A DNA stretch of 64,000 nucleotides from NCBI GenBank assembly GCA_041654875.1, contig JBAZCP010000001.1, forward strand, positions 89,920-153,919, given 5' to 3'. The notes beneath the pieces are model-generated. The model searched no databases, had not been told where the DNA came from, and saw only the letters and a program-made list of their open reading frames with translations. The DNA is from Candidatus Cloacimonadales bacterium. Lineage in GTDB: Bacteria; Cloacimonadota; Cloacimonadia; Cloacimonadales; WRIO01. This document shows positions 21,626 through 32,131 of this stretch, one piece after another; position 1 is the first letter of the stretch, and the number at the start of each line of letters is the position of its first letter. Both the position numbers and the translations under genes were made by a program.

Positions 21626-21707
21626 TTCACGAAATATTCACGAATGATTAACGGGAAAGTAACGGGAAAGTAACGGGATGGTAACGGGATGGTAACGGGA
21701 TGGTACA
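21626..21707 (+). repeat. Locus 2 of the 11-bp tandem array family
   Basis: TTAACGGGAAA, GTAACGGGAAA, GTAACGGGATG x3 (21648-21702), then GTACAGG. Two decayed units lie upstream in the same 11-bp register (TTCACGAAATA, TTCACGAATGA at 21626 and 21637). Confidence 0.95.
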
Positions 21708-22133
21708 GGTAAAACAAGAGAAATCTTCTTAATAAGTTAACACAAGATTGTCGTATTGATATTAAGTTTTGCGAGGGTTAGTCAGTACTTTTTTGATGTC
21801 AATTATCTTTTTCAACAGTTTTTTGACAATTAACATATTAATTTTATTATTTAATACCCCCTTGTAATTAAAATAAAAAACATATATTGGTTTGATTAAA
21901 GGGATTATGCTTCCTAAAGTCTTTTTTTACTTTTCTATAAATATGTTATTTGAGTATCTTAAATTTATTGTTTTTTTGAATACCTTTTAGTAATCTATTA
22001 TATTAAGTTACATGACCACACTTCAATTTAAATGATTCAAATACATATAAAAGAAATCGAAAGAATTGTTTTAGGTTGACATTTTTTTGTCTTTTTAAAT
22101 ATTGTATTAAAAAATGATATTAGAGGTATTATT

Positions 22134-25100
22134 ATGAAGAAATTTATGGTTATACTCTTCTTAATTGGGAGCATTTTCATTTTGTTTTCATTTGAGCCTG
22201 AGTTTATGGTAGATCCTGCAATCTCTCCTGATGGAAGCGAAGTATGTTTTTCATATTTAAATGATTTATGGGTTGTTTCCATCGATGGAGGCATAGCTAA
22301 AAGACTATCAAGCACAAGCGGTTATGACTATAATCCAGAGTACTCTCCAGATGGAAGTATGATAGCGTTTAACTCTGACCGTGATGGTGTGAATAAAATA
22401 TATATAATACCTGCAAAAGGTGGTTTAGCAAAAGCTATTTCTCAAGAAAGGCTTGTATTTCACGATTGGTTTAGCGATAATAAACATATTTTAGCAGGAA
22501 TTACATCACCAGGAGAGTATTCTCAGTTAGTTAAAGTAAGCATTGAAGATGGGAAAAGACCTGTCATTATAGCTGAATATGGTGATTCCTTTGCGTGTGT
22601 GTCTCCAGACGATAAAAGCATTATATTTAATAGAAGGGGAGACCCTTATAGAGAGGCTTATAAAGGTAGCCATAACGGCGATTTGTTTTTATATGACATC
22701 AAAAAGAAAGTTTATTCACAACTGACAGATACACAAATAACCGAGCGATATCCTGTTTTTTCTCATGTTGAGAATGATATTATCTATTATTGTGCATCGG
22801 ATGGAAAAGTGTTTCAAATATATAAATCTAATATTGCCAACATGTCAGATAAAGAACAGCTCACAAATTTTGATTTATGGTCGCCACGAGATTTATCAAT
22901 ATCAGATAATGATACAATAGTTTTTGAGTTATTTAATAAAATTTGTAAACTCAATACAGCAACTAAACAAGTAGAGGAAATAAAGATCACTATTGCAGAA
23001 GACTTTTTAGATAGCAGTATTGTTGAAGAAACCAACCATAATAAGGTTAAATCTTTTGCAATATCACCCAATGGGAAATTAGTTGTTTTTAACTATAAAT
23101 ACGATCTTTTTGCTGTACCAAGTGCAGGTGGAAAAGTAAAGCAAATTACTAATAATCAGGCTGGAATTGAAGATATTGTTATCGGTCAAGATAATGAAAC
23201 CATTCTATTCACATCATATCTTAAAGGAGATTTGAAGCTATTCAAAACAAATATCAATAATCTTGATAAAATTGAGATGATAAAGTGGTCTCAAGATAAA
23301 AGAATTGTTAGCTTTAGCAGCTTTTATGATAGAATATTTATTAGATATCATCAAGGGGATAATAGAAATAGAATTGCCGTGATGGATTCAAATTATAACA
23401 AAGTAGAAGATTTGATTAAAGATCATAATGTAAGTTCTTACACCGTTAGTAAAGATTGTGAATACGTCTTTTATACAGTTTACGACAGGCAATCCAAAGC
23501 AAGCAATTTATATTTTTTAGATATAAAGAAAAATGAAAGCAGGCATATTCATAGTCAACTATCATATATCAGCAGTATTTCTCTTGATCCAGCAAATAAT
23601 TATTTGTTTTTGTCCTTTGAGTCTGGAATACATAAGTTAAGTTTGAACAGATTTAATGAATTTGAAAATGATGAAGATAAATGGGATGATATTTTAACAA
23701 CCAAGAGTGAAAAAGCCGAACATAAAGTCGCCGGTGAATTCAATTGGCAAAATCTTGATAATCGTTTTAACAAGATAGTTAGTGCAGATGAAGGCATGTG
23801 GGTTTATCCACTTTTTGCCACATCTGATTCTACATTATATTATATGAGTTATAGTAGAAAGAATAGCATTATTAAGAAAATAAGCTATAATGGAAAAGAT
23901 GATAAGGAAGTATTTAATGCAAATAGCAAGATAGATACATTTGATTTTATAAATGGTGGTAAAACTCTATATTACTCGACTAATGGCAGTATATATAATA
24001 CTCAACTACCTGGCAGTAAAGGTGAGCAATTAGCTTTTACGCATAGATATAAATACGATAAAATTAAGTTAAATAGTTCTATAATGGAGCATGTTTGGGC
24101 AAGTATGGCAAATAATTTTTATGATAAAAATATGCATGAACAAGACTGGAATAAGCTTTATAATCGCTTTTTCCCATATACAGAAAATCTATTGAGTGTG
24201 AGTATGCTGAGCTCAGTGATTGATGAAATGATAGGAGAGTTAAATGCCTCTCATACTGGGTATTATGGTCGCCATGAAAGTTTGAGTAATACAAAGCAAA
24301 GTTCATACATTGGAGCTACTTTTGACTATTCAAATAGACTAAAAAAAGGTTTAAGAATAAAAAAAGTATATAAAGATTCTCAATTAGCTGAAACTTGGAG
24401 TATTGTATCTGGAGATATTTTGCTTGCTATTGATGGTGTGGAAATTAACGAAAAAACAGCAGTTGATGAGCTTTTATATCATAAAGCTGGTGAGAAAGTA
24501 AGTTTGCTTTTTAAGTCTAAAGGGTTGACTGAAATAAAAGCGTTAAACTATTCATCGCAGAATAACTTACGTTACAACAATTGGGTTGCAGAAAGAGCAG
24601 AAATAGTAAATAAAGCAACTGGTGGCAAAATTGGTTATTTACATATTAGAAGCATGAATAAGCAAAGTTTAGATAAGTTTAAAGACGATTTATTAGCAAA
24701 AAACTTCTATACAAATGGATTGATTATCGATGTGAGAAAAAATGGTGGAGGTAATATTTCTGATGATTTAGTTGAAATATTAACAAGAAAACATCATTCA
24801 TACACCCAAAGCAGATACTCAGATGAGGAACCGATAAGCTTTCCAACAGGCACTTATGAAAAACCTCTGGTATTATTGATTGATGAAGACTCTTTTTCAG
24901 ATGCTGAAGTATTTCCTAATCTATTTAAATACCTAAAACTCGGAACCATAATCGGTATGCCAACAAGTGGCTCTGTAATAGGCACTGGGTCAGTTAACTT
25001 TATGGATGGCTCTTCTATGAGAATGCCATCGAGTGGCTGGTATACAATAGATAAAGATGGGTTGAGAAATATGGAAGGGAACCCTGCAGAGCCTGATATA

Positions 25101-25181
25101 TTCGTACCAATGACTATTGAAGACATAATAACAGATAATGATAAACAATTACAAAAGGCGATTGAAGTTTTAGGGTTTTAA
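22134..25181 (+). CDS. Tricorn-protease-like peptidase (beta-propellers + PDZ + S41 C-terminal domain)
   Basis: 1015 aa with a signal-anchor N-terminus, TolB/WD40-like repeats (YSPDGSMIAFNSDRDG), a PDZ-like segment and an S41-type C-terminus (LLIDEDSFSDAEVF). Confidence 0.75.
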   Translation: MKKFMVILFLIGSIFILFSFEPEFMVDPAISPDGSEVCFSYLNDLWVVSIDGGIAKRLSSTSGYDYNPEYSPDGSMIAFNSDRDGVNKIYIIPAKGGLAKAISQERLVFHDWFSDNKHILAGITSPGEYSQLVKVSIEDGKRPVIIAEYGDSFACVSPDDKSIIFNRRGDPYREAYKGSHNGDLFLYDIKKKVYSQLTDTQITERYPVFSHVENDIIYYCASDGKVFQIYKSNIANMSDKEQLTNFDLWSPRDLSISDNDTIVFELFNKICKLNTATKQVEEIKITIAEDFLDSSIVEETNHNKVKSFAISPNGKLVVFNYKYDLFAVPSAGGKVKQITNNQAGIEDIVIGQDNETILFTSYLKGDLKLFKTNINNLDKIEMIKWSQDKRIVSFSSFYDRIFIRYHQGDNRNRIAVMDSNYNKVEDLIKDHNVSSYTVSKDCEYVFYTVYDRQSKASNLYFLDIKKNESRHIHSQLSYISSISLDPANNYLFLSFESGIHKLSLNRFNEFENDEDKWDDILTTKSEKAEHKVAGEFNWQNLDNRFNKIVSADEGMWVYPLFATSDSTLYYMSYSRKNSIIKKISYNGKDDKEVFNANSKIDTFDFINGGKTLYYSTNGSIYNTQLPGSKGEQLAFTHRYKYDKIKLNSSIMEHVWASMANNFYDKNMHEQDWNKLYNRFFPYTENLLSVSMLSSVIDEMIGELNASHTGYYGRHESLSNTKQSSYIGATFDYSNRLKKGLRIKKVYKDSQLAETWSIVSGDILLAIDGVEINEKTAVDELLYHKAGEKVSLLFKSKGLTEIKALNYSSQNNLRYNNWVAERAEIVNKATGGKIGYLHIRSMNKQSLDKFKDDLLAKNFYTNGLIIDVRKNGGGNISDDLVEILTRKHHSYTQSRYSDEEPISFPTGTYEKPLVLLIDEDSFSDAEVFPNLFKYLKLGTIIGMPTSGSVIGTGSVNFMDGSSMRMPSSGWYTIDKDGLRNMEGNPAEPDIFVPMTIEDIITDNDKQLQKAIEVLGF

Positions 25182-25208
25182 ATAATCTAATGTTACAGCT
25201 GTAAAACT

Positions 25209-25257
25209 AAACAAAGCTGGAAGCACGTATTTTATGCAAGCATCCAGCTTTGTTTTT
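25209..25257. terminator. Bidirectional terminator hairpin between convergent genes
   Basis: A 13-bp stem, AAACAAAGCTGGA (25209-25221) pairing with TCCAGCTTTGTTT (25243-25255), flanked by an A-run and a T-run. Confidence 0.7.
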
Positions 25258-25279
25258 GTCTTACAGTATTGTTATATTA

Positions 25280-26839
25280 CTATTCTTTTTCTGCTAAATT
25301 TTGTACATATTCACACATGTAGATTTCGTCTTTTTTATCTGTGAGTACTATTAAGTAATCGCCAGCAAATATTTTTGTATTACCTTTAGGAATTAATTCA
25401 TTTCTACCACGTCTAATTCCAACTAATAGGCAAGATTTGGGCCATTGTATATCCATAATTTGTTTTTGGTCGATATGGGAGCCCATGCGAACAGCTACTT
25501 CTATAATAACTTTTTGATTACTTTCTTCTATGATATTCTTTTTGTTCTCTTTTATAAAGCGAGCAAGAAGTGTTTCATAAATAGCATCAGATTTTAGCAA
25601 ATCAGCTGTCAAATATGCAGTAATTGAGACCACACTTAGAGAAAGTAGATGGCTAAATGAGCCTGTCATTTCAGTAATTAAGAGGCTTCCTGTAATAGGA
25701 GCTTTGACAATGGCAGTAAAATAGCCAGCCATAGCTAAGACAATAAAGTTATTTATATATACGCTATCTATGCCAGTAGCTGAAGTAATCAAGTATCCAT
25801 AAACATTACCAATCAGAGCCCCAATAACTAAAAGTGGCAAAAAAATACCTCCAGGTGCACCACTACCATAACTAATCATTGTGAAGAGGAATTTACCCAC
25901 AAGAAGAATCAATAGAAACTTTAGAGCAGTACTTTGATGAACCAAATCTATTACGAGATGATGCCCACCACCTAATATATCAGGCAGAAAAAAGCCAAGT
26001 GCACCAGCAATTAAAACAGGTATTACCATCTTAAATGGTTCTGGGATAAACTTCATTTTCTTGTAATAATTTAATGAAAAAATCAATGACTTGTTAAAAT
26101 AAACTCCTGATATACCGATTATTACTCCTAACAATAATATTGATCCATAATACTTTAGAGGTAAAATCTCAAGAACAGATAAATTGAATACAGGGTCAAA
26201 ACCAAAAATCACTTTATTGAAGAAATCAGCTGTAATACAGGCTACAGTTGTCGGTAATAAGACAAGAGGGGAGAAGTTTTTGTGCACCTCTTCCAGAACA
26301 AAGACAATTCCAGAAAGTGGTGCACTAAAAGCACCAGACAATCCTGCTCCTGCACCAGAAGAAATCAAGTATTTCTCTTCAATTCTAACTCTCTTGAAAA
26401 TACGACTGACGCCCTTTCCAATTAAAGCTCCCATTTGTACAGATGGTCCTTCTCGACCCAGCGATAGACCAGCTGCAATCATCAGAAAACCATTGGTAAA
26501 TTTGTTGAATAAAGTTTTCCACCAACTCATATCAATATGCCCTAAAAGTTCACCTTCTACTTGTGGGATACCACTACCGCTGATCATTGGCACTCTTTTT
26601 GTGCGGTATTTAACATAAATGGCAATAAGTATTAATAATAAAAACCAAATAGGGATTAACCAATAGTGTGATTTCATATATCTATACGCAGTTGTAGATA
26701 GTTTGCCTGCAAAATCGAGCATGATACGATATGCAACAACAACAATACCAGTGATTAAGCCAACTAAAATTGACTCAAATACAAGCTTCATTTTAATATC
26801 TTGCCAATGGCGTATAGTGTTTAGAATATTATTTTTCAT
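25280..26839 (-). CDS. ClC-family chloride channel/transporter with C-terminal TrkA-C-like domain
   Basis: 519 aa with the selectivity motifs GREGPSVQMG and GAPGGIFLP. Confidence 0.85.
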   Translation of the reverse strand: MKNNILNTIRHWQDIKMKLVFESILVGLITGIVVVAYRIMLDFAGKLSTTAYRYMKSHYWLIPIWFLLLILIAIYVKYRTKRVPMISGSGIPQVEGELLGHIDMSWWKTLFNKFTNGFLMIAAGLSLGREGPSVQMGALIGKGVSRIFKRVRIEEKYLISSGAGAGLSGAFSAPLSGIVFVLEEVHKNFSPLVLLPTTVACITADFFNKVIFGFDPVFNLSVLEILPLKYYGSILLLGVIIGISGVYFNKSLIFSLNYYKKMKFIPEPFKMVIPVLIAGALGFFLPDILGGGHHLVIDLVHQSTALKFLLILLVGKFLFTMISYGSGAPGGIFLPLLVIGALIGNVYGYLITSATGIDSVYINNFIVLAMAGYFTAIVKAPITGSLLITEMTGSFSHLLSLSVVSITAYLTADLLKSDAIYETLLARFIKENKKNIIEESNQKVIIEVAVRMGSHIDQKQIMDIQWPKSCLLVGIRRGRNELIPKGNTKIFAGDYLIVLTDKKDEIYMCEYVQNLAEKE

Positions 26840-29447
26840 GATAATTATACTTATTTTTTATATAATTTAATTCGTCTTCTTTTGTTAAAAACTTTTTATC
26901 TATTTTGCTAATATATAGATCTTGAAGAATCTTAGCTATAACTTTTCCATCTTTTTCACCAAGATTGATGATGTCATGCCCGTTTAGCTCGGTTTTTATA
27001 GAGCTGTCGTACAATAAAAAGTTCTTTATATAATCTATAATTTCTTTATGTTTACTGTTTGATGCAAGTGCAAGTAAAACTTCGTGGTTAATCTTTTTTA
27101 AATGCCATGCAACTTCGCCTCTTGTGGTTGTACTCAGATTATCGCAAAAAAATGCCTTGATACAGATATAATCGTTAAAAGATTTTTTAAGTTGTAACGG
27201 AAACTTATACTGTTGAAAGAATTTTTCTGCTGAGCGTTTAGTCATGTCTTTTGTTAAAATGCACATATAAATAAGCCAATTTTTAATGCTTTTGTTAGTA
27301 AAGCTCTCTTGATACCAAAGAATCATACGTGAAGCAGTCTCCATTTGGTTCTCTTTTTCTTTATTCATAGTCAAGTTTGGGTTAATACTGTATAATATTT
27401 TTAATTTTTTTAGTCTTGAGAAAAATCGATGAACATGTTCGTCTTCACAAGCTTTTACTAATTCTTGAGTAATTCTTTCAACAGAAACCCGCTTTAATAG
27501 CTTTAGATCGAGTGCCGCTGTTATTAGATGCTTAGTATTTTTATCTATTTCGAACTGATATCTCTGTTCAAAGCGAACAGCTCGCAAAATACGAGTAGGA
27601 TCATCAGAAAAGCTCATATTGTTAAGAGTCTTAATTGTCTTAGTTTGAATATCTTTTCTTCCATTATAATAGTCAAAAAGCCTACCATAAAACTTTTGAT
27701 TTATTTGAATAGCCATACTATTGATAGTGAAATCGCGTCTATATAAATCATTCTTTATTGATGACATTTTCACGGCAGGTAAAATACCTGGTTTATCGTA
27801 TATTTCTGAACGAGCACTTGCAAAATCTATCTTGATATTCTTATTGTTTTTGGTATTAAACACGACTATAGCAGTACGAAACTGGGGAAAACTTGCTGTT
27901 GGTAGATTGAATCTATCGCTCAATGCTTTGCTAAACTCTATTGCATCTCCTTCGATCACAATGTCAATATCCACATTTTCTTTATTCATTATTAAATCAC
28001 GAACAAAACCACCAACTAGCCATGCATTTATGCCAAGAATATCTGCAAATGCACCAGTATGGTTGATAACTTTTAAAATCTCGTTATTAATCTTTTTTAG
28101 GTAACCACTTGCATTATCAAAGCTTCCTTCGCTAAATTCTACTTGTTGTTCAAAAGTTGCTTTGATGATATCTCTGCGTGACACAATTCCAATTAGTACG
28201 GGTTGCCCTTTTTTATCGTTGTCAATAACGAGAAGGCGACCGATATTGTGTCTAATAAGCGTTTCTTGTGCTTTGTAAATTGAAGTATTAGAATTTACAG
28301 AGATGATATCAGTTGACATGATATTATCGACTGTTTTTGCACTTAATTTGTGTAATACAGCTTGTCCAACGTCCTTTTTAGTAACAATACCAACAACTTT
28401 TTTGTCTTTAAGAATTGGTATAGCACCAAAATTTTGATTACTTAGCTTTTTACCAACTTCATAAATCTTTGTTTTGACCGTAGCTGTTTCTACATCTTTA
28501 GTCATAATGTTCGCAACAGTACCATGCTTGATAATACTGTCATGTATTAATTGGTGAATTCTTTTTTTGATAATATCGGGGGGAATATTGTGTACAGTAG
28601 CTGAGCCAGATGATAAATGCCCTCCGCCATTGTATTCACTCAATATTGTATTAACTTGTATAAAGAGAAAATCACTGCGTCCAATAATTATTGTTTTATC
28701 AGGTAAGATAACAAACGCAAAGAGACATTTAATATTTTCAGACTGACGAATTATTTGTAATAGTTTTGCGATATTATAAATTTCATTCTCAAGAATAATG
28801 TCAAAAAAGTGTACTTGTATTCCACTAAAATCTAATACCTCCATAGTCGAAACTAACTTGTTCATTAATTGAATTTCTTTAGTGTTCAACTGTGGTTGTA
28901 AATAACTATTTATAAAGCTTATCGAAGCACCCATATTAATTAGATAAGCCAATGCAGAAAAGTCTTCTGAGGAAGTATTGATAGCCTTAAATGAACCTGT
29001 ATCAGAATAAATACCAAGAGCTAAAAAGCTTGCTGTCAAGGGATCAATAGTAATTCCCCTTTCAATTATTTCTTTAATTAATATTGTGGTGCATGCACCG
29101 TAAGCTTCGTATCTATAGTAGAGAAACTTATGATTCTCAAGTTTTGGTGGATGGTGATCAAAGCATATCACTGGCACTTCTGGGTTGTTTATTAAATATT
29201 CTCCGATCTTTCCTGTTCTTTCATAATTGGAATTGTCAACCATGATAACACTTTTTATATTTTTTAGATTAATAGCTCTCTCTTTTATAATATCAAATCG
29301 ACCAGGATAGTCTTTAATAAGTTGTCTTACAGTTATATCAGCTGCACCAGCTAAGCATAACTTAGCATCAGGAAAAAGCAGCTTTGCAGCTATCATTGAT
29401 GCTAATGCATCTAAGTCGCAATTAAAATGACTACAAATTATATTCAT
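26829..29447 (-). CDS. DHH phosphoesterase - CBS pair - poly(A) polymerase/CCA-adding nucleotidyltransferase fusion
   Basis: 872 aa with N-terminal DHH/DHHA1 (CFDHHPP, GGGH), tandem CBS domains and a nucleotidyltransferase head (GGFVRDLIM..DIDIVIEGDA, RDFTINSMA). Confidence 0.75.
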   Translation of the reverse strand: MNIICSHFNCDLDALASMIAAKLLFPDAKLCLAGAADITVRQLIKDYPGRFDIIKERAINLKNIKSVIMVDNSNYERTGKIGEYLINNPEVPVICFDHHPPKLENHKFLYYRYEAYGACTTILIKEIIERGITIDPLTASFLALGIYSDTGSFKAINTSSEDFSALAYLINMGASISFINSYLQPQLNTKEIQLMNKLVSTMEVLDFSGIQVHFFDIILENEIYNIAKLLQIIRQSENIKCLFAFVILPDKTIIIGRSDFLFIQVNTILSEYNGGGHLSSGSATVHNIPPDIIKKRIHQLIHDSIIKHGTVANIMTKDVETATVKTKIYEVGKKLSNQNFGAIPILKDKKVVGIVTKKDVGQAVLHKLSAKTVDNIMSTDIISVNSNTSIYKAQETLIRHNIGRLLVIDNDKKGQPVLIGIVSRRDIIKATFEQQVEFSEGSFDNASGYLKKINNEILKVINHTGAFADILGINAWLVGGFVRDLIMNKENVDIDIVIEGDAIEFSKALSDRFNLPTASFPQFRTAIVVFNTKNNKNIKIDFASARSEIYDKPGILPAVKMSSIKNDLYRRDFTINSMAIQINQKFYGRLFDYYNGRKDIQTKTIKTLNNMSFSDDPTRILRAVRFEQRYQFEIDKNTKHLITAALDLKLLKRVSVERITQELVKACEDEHVHRFFSRLKKLKILYSINPNLTMNKEKENQMETASRMILWYQESFTNKSIKNWLIYMCILTKDMTKRSAEKFFQQYKFPLQLKKSFNDYICIKAFFCDNLSTTTRGEVAWHLKKINHEVLLALASNSKHKEIIDYIKNFLLYDSSIKTELNGHDIINLGEKDGKVIAKILQDLYISKIDKKFLTKEDELNYIKNKYNYHEK

Positions 29448-30189
29448 GGCTGTATAGTTTAAGGGATTTGAGGTTTATTTCTTTATTGAAATGAACATTG
29501 AATTGGTTATTTAAAACAGTTTTATACTGACTGATAAATAGTTCACTTTCTTGTATTAAGTGAATCATTTTCCAGAAAGAGTCTTGGTGATACAATATAA
29601 GCTTTAGCGTTGAATCTAAATGCTGATAATCAGTATTTAATATATTTTCTTGCAGGCATTGCTCACAAATAAATCTATTAAATCCATCAATTGCCATGAT
29701 TTCGGTTTCATTTGATTGGCAAAACCCACATGTAATAGGCAGAAAGTGTGGGTTTATTATAGATAATAATTGAAATGTAAAGCGTGCAAAATAGACTAAG
29801 AAGTTATCATTAATGCTTTTAAAATGGTATAAAAACTGATTAACATATTTATACACCGATTCCAAGTCTTCATTATTGATTATTATGTGCCTTAAAAGCT
29901 CAAAAACAGCTGATAAACAAACTAATTTGTTATAACTTGATCCTGAACAGTACTTGTTTAAAATAGCTGTATTTTGCATTGTATAGAGCTCTGCACTTGG
30001 GCTTTTACTGAGTTTTAATTCTAACTCGTTGTATAGTTGTATTGTTTCTTGGTTTGGGTTATTAGTTTTCTTGATTCCATGTGCTATAAAAGAAATAAAT
30101 GCAAAATCTTTGGAAAAACATTGAACTATATAGCTTGATTCTTTCCACTCAGTTTTTTGAGTTATAATTGCTGATGTAGTCAAATTCAT
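29431..30189 (-). CDS. recO: DNA repair protein RecO (divergent)
   Basis: 252 aa with an N-terminal OB-fold-like region and a Cys4 zinc-finger pattern (CGFC...CEQC). Confidence 0.55.
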   Translation of the reverse strand: MNLTTSAIITQKTEWKESSYIVQCFSKDFAFISFIAHGIKKTNNPNQETIQLYNELELKLSKSPSAELYTMQNTAILNKYCSGSSYNKLVCLSAVFELLRHIIINNEDLESVYKYVNQFLYHFKSINDNFLVYFARFTFQLLSIINPHFLPITCGFCQSNETEIMAIDGFNRFICEQCLQENILNTDYQHLDSTLKLILYHQDSFWKMIHLIQESELFISQYKTVLNNQFNVHFNKEINLKSLKLYSHEYNL

Positions 30190-30191
30190 TT

Positions 30192-32093
30192 TTATTGTAA
30201 GGTACTGTTTATGATTCTCATAAGATCATTTATGGTAAATGGTTTTATAAGAAGAGCTGCAAATCCATTTTCTTTAAAGTTTTTAACGATAGGATCGGTA
30301 GCATTGCTGCTCATGATAATTATTGGGATGTTTGGGTAATTGCTTTTAAAATTGGCAAAGGAATTATCTTCGTTATTCATACATACTTTTATTGATGAAT
30401 CTGTTAAGATCAAATCATATGGCAAGTTATTCTCTGTATAGTTTTTTAAAATATCAAACAACTCTCTACAATCTAAAACGAAATCAACAGTATGATTAAA
30501 GTGTTTAAGCAATTTTTGTATCATTGTGCGCACCATTTCTTCATTTTCGAGCACCAGAATTCTACTCTTACCAAGCATGGGTTGCTTCTTTTTGCTTATT
30601 TCTTTTTCATCAATCACTTTTCTTTCTCCTGCAGGCAAGTAAATATGTAATGTTGAGCCATAATTTTCTTTAGATTCGACTTCTATCAGTCCGTTATGTT
30701 GTTTAATAATAGAATAGCAGGTTGTAAGTCCAAGTCCATCGCCCATTTCTTTTGTAGTAAAGTATGGGTCAAAAATATACTTTAAATTTTCCTCACTTAT
30801 TCCTTGTCCATTATCCTTTATGGATATTTTTATATAATCTTGTTCTGTAAGCCGAGAATCAGTTTGATTTGATGGTCTATAGTTTTCTAAGTTTATCTTT
30901 ATAACACCTCCATTTGGCATAGCATCATATGAGTTAATCAGAATATTTTGAATTACTTGTGTAATTTGTTGTTTATCAACCATAACGTTTCTTAGCATTG
31001 GTTCAAAGAACAGCTGATAAATAATATTTGTTCCTGCTGCTGCAATACTTATAGCGTTTTGCACTAAATCTTGAATATTTACGTTTTCTTTCATAGGCGT
31101 TCCGCCTTTTGAGAAAGTAAGAAGTTGATTTGTAAGCTCTTTTGCTCTACCACATGCTTTTTCAGCGTCATCTAAATATTTATATATTTCAGAAAAGCTT
31201 GGTAAAGATAGCTTTGATAGGCTAATATTTCCGATAATTGTTGACAAGATATTATTAAAACTATGTGCTAATCCAGCAGCAAGGTGGCCAATTGAGTTTA
31301 ATTTATTTTCTTTGATTTGCAGCTCTTCAGTTTTCTTTTTTTCAGTTAGGTCAGTTAATATTATTAAATAATTATTATCTTCATTAGATAAAGCAACTGT
31401 TTCTATTTGTGCATAGAACGGATCATTATTATATCTATACAAAGTACATTCGAATCTATTATACTCTTTATTTAATTTTAGTTTTTTGAGTTGTTGTATA
31501 ACAAAGGATTTTGTTTCTTTGGCAAAAATCTTATCAAAGCTAACGGTATTAACATTTTTAATATAAAAGATTTTTAAAAGTGATTTGTTAAAATATTTGA
31601 TATTTAAGTATTCATCTATTTCAATGATAGCAAAAGGGGTTAGATTTAATAAGCTTTTGAGCCTTTCGCTCATGAGAGCAATTTCTTTATCTTTCAACTC
31701 AATTGATTTAAGTATTTCCCAATCTTTTAAAAAACGTTTTGTTAGGCGAGGCAAGTCTTGAAATAATTCTGGACTTTTGACAAGATAATCAAGAGCCCCC
31801 AACTTTATAGCTTTAACAGCATATTCCTCATTACCAAAGCTCGTTAAGAGTACAGTAGGTATTAATTTTGCTGTGTTATTATAGTCTAATATTTCTAAGC
31901 CATCACCATCAGGTAGCTTTAAATCAACCAAGATAATATCAGGAGTATCATTGTTCAATAATTCTTGAGCATTGCCAATAGTTGTTGCCCTTATCAAGTG
32001 ATATTTGTTAATATCTCTTAAAAAGGAATGTGCAATTAACTCGTAATGATTATTGTCATCTTCAATTAAAAGTATTTTTATGCTCTTTTCCAT
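30192..32093 (-). CDS. Soluble hybrid sensor histidine kinase (REC-PAS-HisKA-HATPase-REC)
   Basis: N-terminal receiver (ILVDLKLPDGDG), H-box GLAHSFNN, N/G boxes (DNGQGI, GDGLGL) and a C-terminal receiver-like domain. No TM segments. Confidence 0.85.
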   Translation of the reverse strand: MEKSIKILLIEDDNNHYELIAHSFLRDINKYHLIRATTIGNAQELLNNDTPDIILVDLKLPDGDGLEILDYNNTAKLIPTVLLTSFGNEEYAVKAIKLGALDYLVKSPELFQDLPRLTKRFLKDWEILKSIELKDKEIALMSERLKSLLNLTPFAIIEIDEYLNIKYFNKSLLKIFYIKNVNTVSFDKIFAKETKSFVIQQLKKLKLNKEYNRFECTLYRYNNDPFYAQIETVALSNEDNNYLIILTDLTEKKKTEELQIKENKLNSIGHLAAGLAHSFNNILSTIIGNISLSKLSLPSFSEIYKYLDDAEKACGRAKELTNQLLTFSKGGTPMKENVNIQDLVQNAISIAAAGTNIIYQLFFEPMLRNVMVDKQQITQVIQNILINSYDAMPNGGVIKINLENYRPSNQTDSRLTEQDYIKISIKDNGQGISEENLKYIFDPYFTTKEMGDGLGLTTCYSIIKQHNGLIEVESKENYGSTLHIYLPAGERKVIDEKEISKKKQPMLGKSRILVLENEEMVRTMIQKLLKHFNHTVDFVLDCRELFDILKNYTENNLPYDLILTDSSIKVCMNNEDNSFANFKSNYPNIPIIIMSSNATDPIVKNFKENGFAALLIKPFTINDLMRIINSTLQ

Positions 32094-32131
32094 TTATAAC
32101 CCTAACTTAGATTTACCAAACAGTTTGTGAT

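Noticed and set aside
21626-21707. The arrays as a CRISPR array or other spacer-containing guide array.
   Set aside because: The units abut with no spacers, the unit length is only 11 bp, and no cas-like genes are in the window.
21907-21990. A 27-codon ORF (MLPKVFFYFSINMLFEYLKFIVFLNTF) in the rpsU/tricorn gap, as a possible small membrane peptide.
   Set aside because: The AAGGGA is only 2 nt from the ATG. An F/L/I/K/N-rich composition is what random AT-rich sequence encodes. There is no supporting conservation visible in the other gaps.
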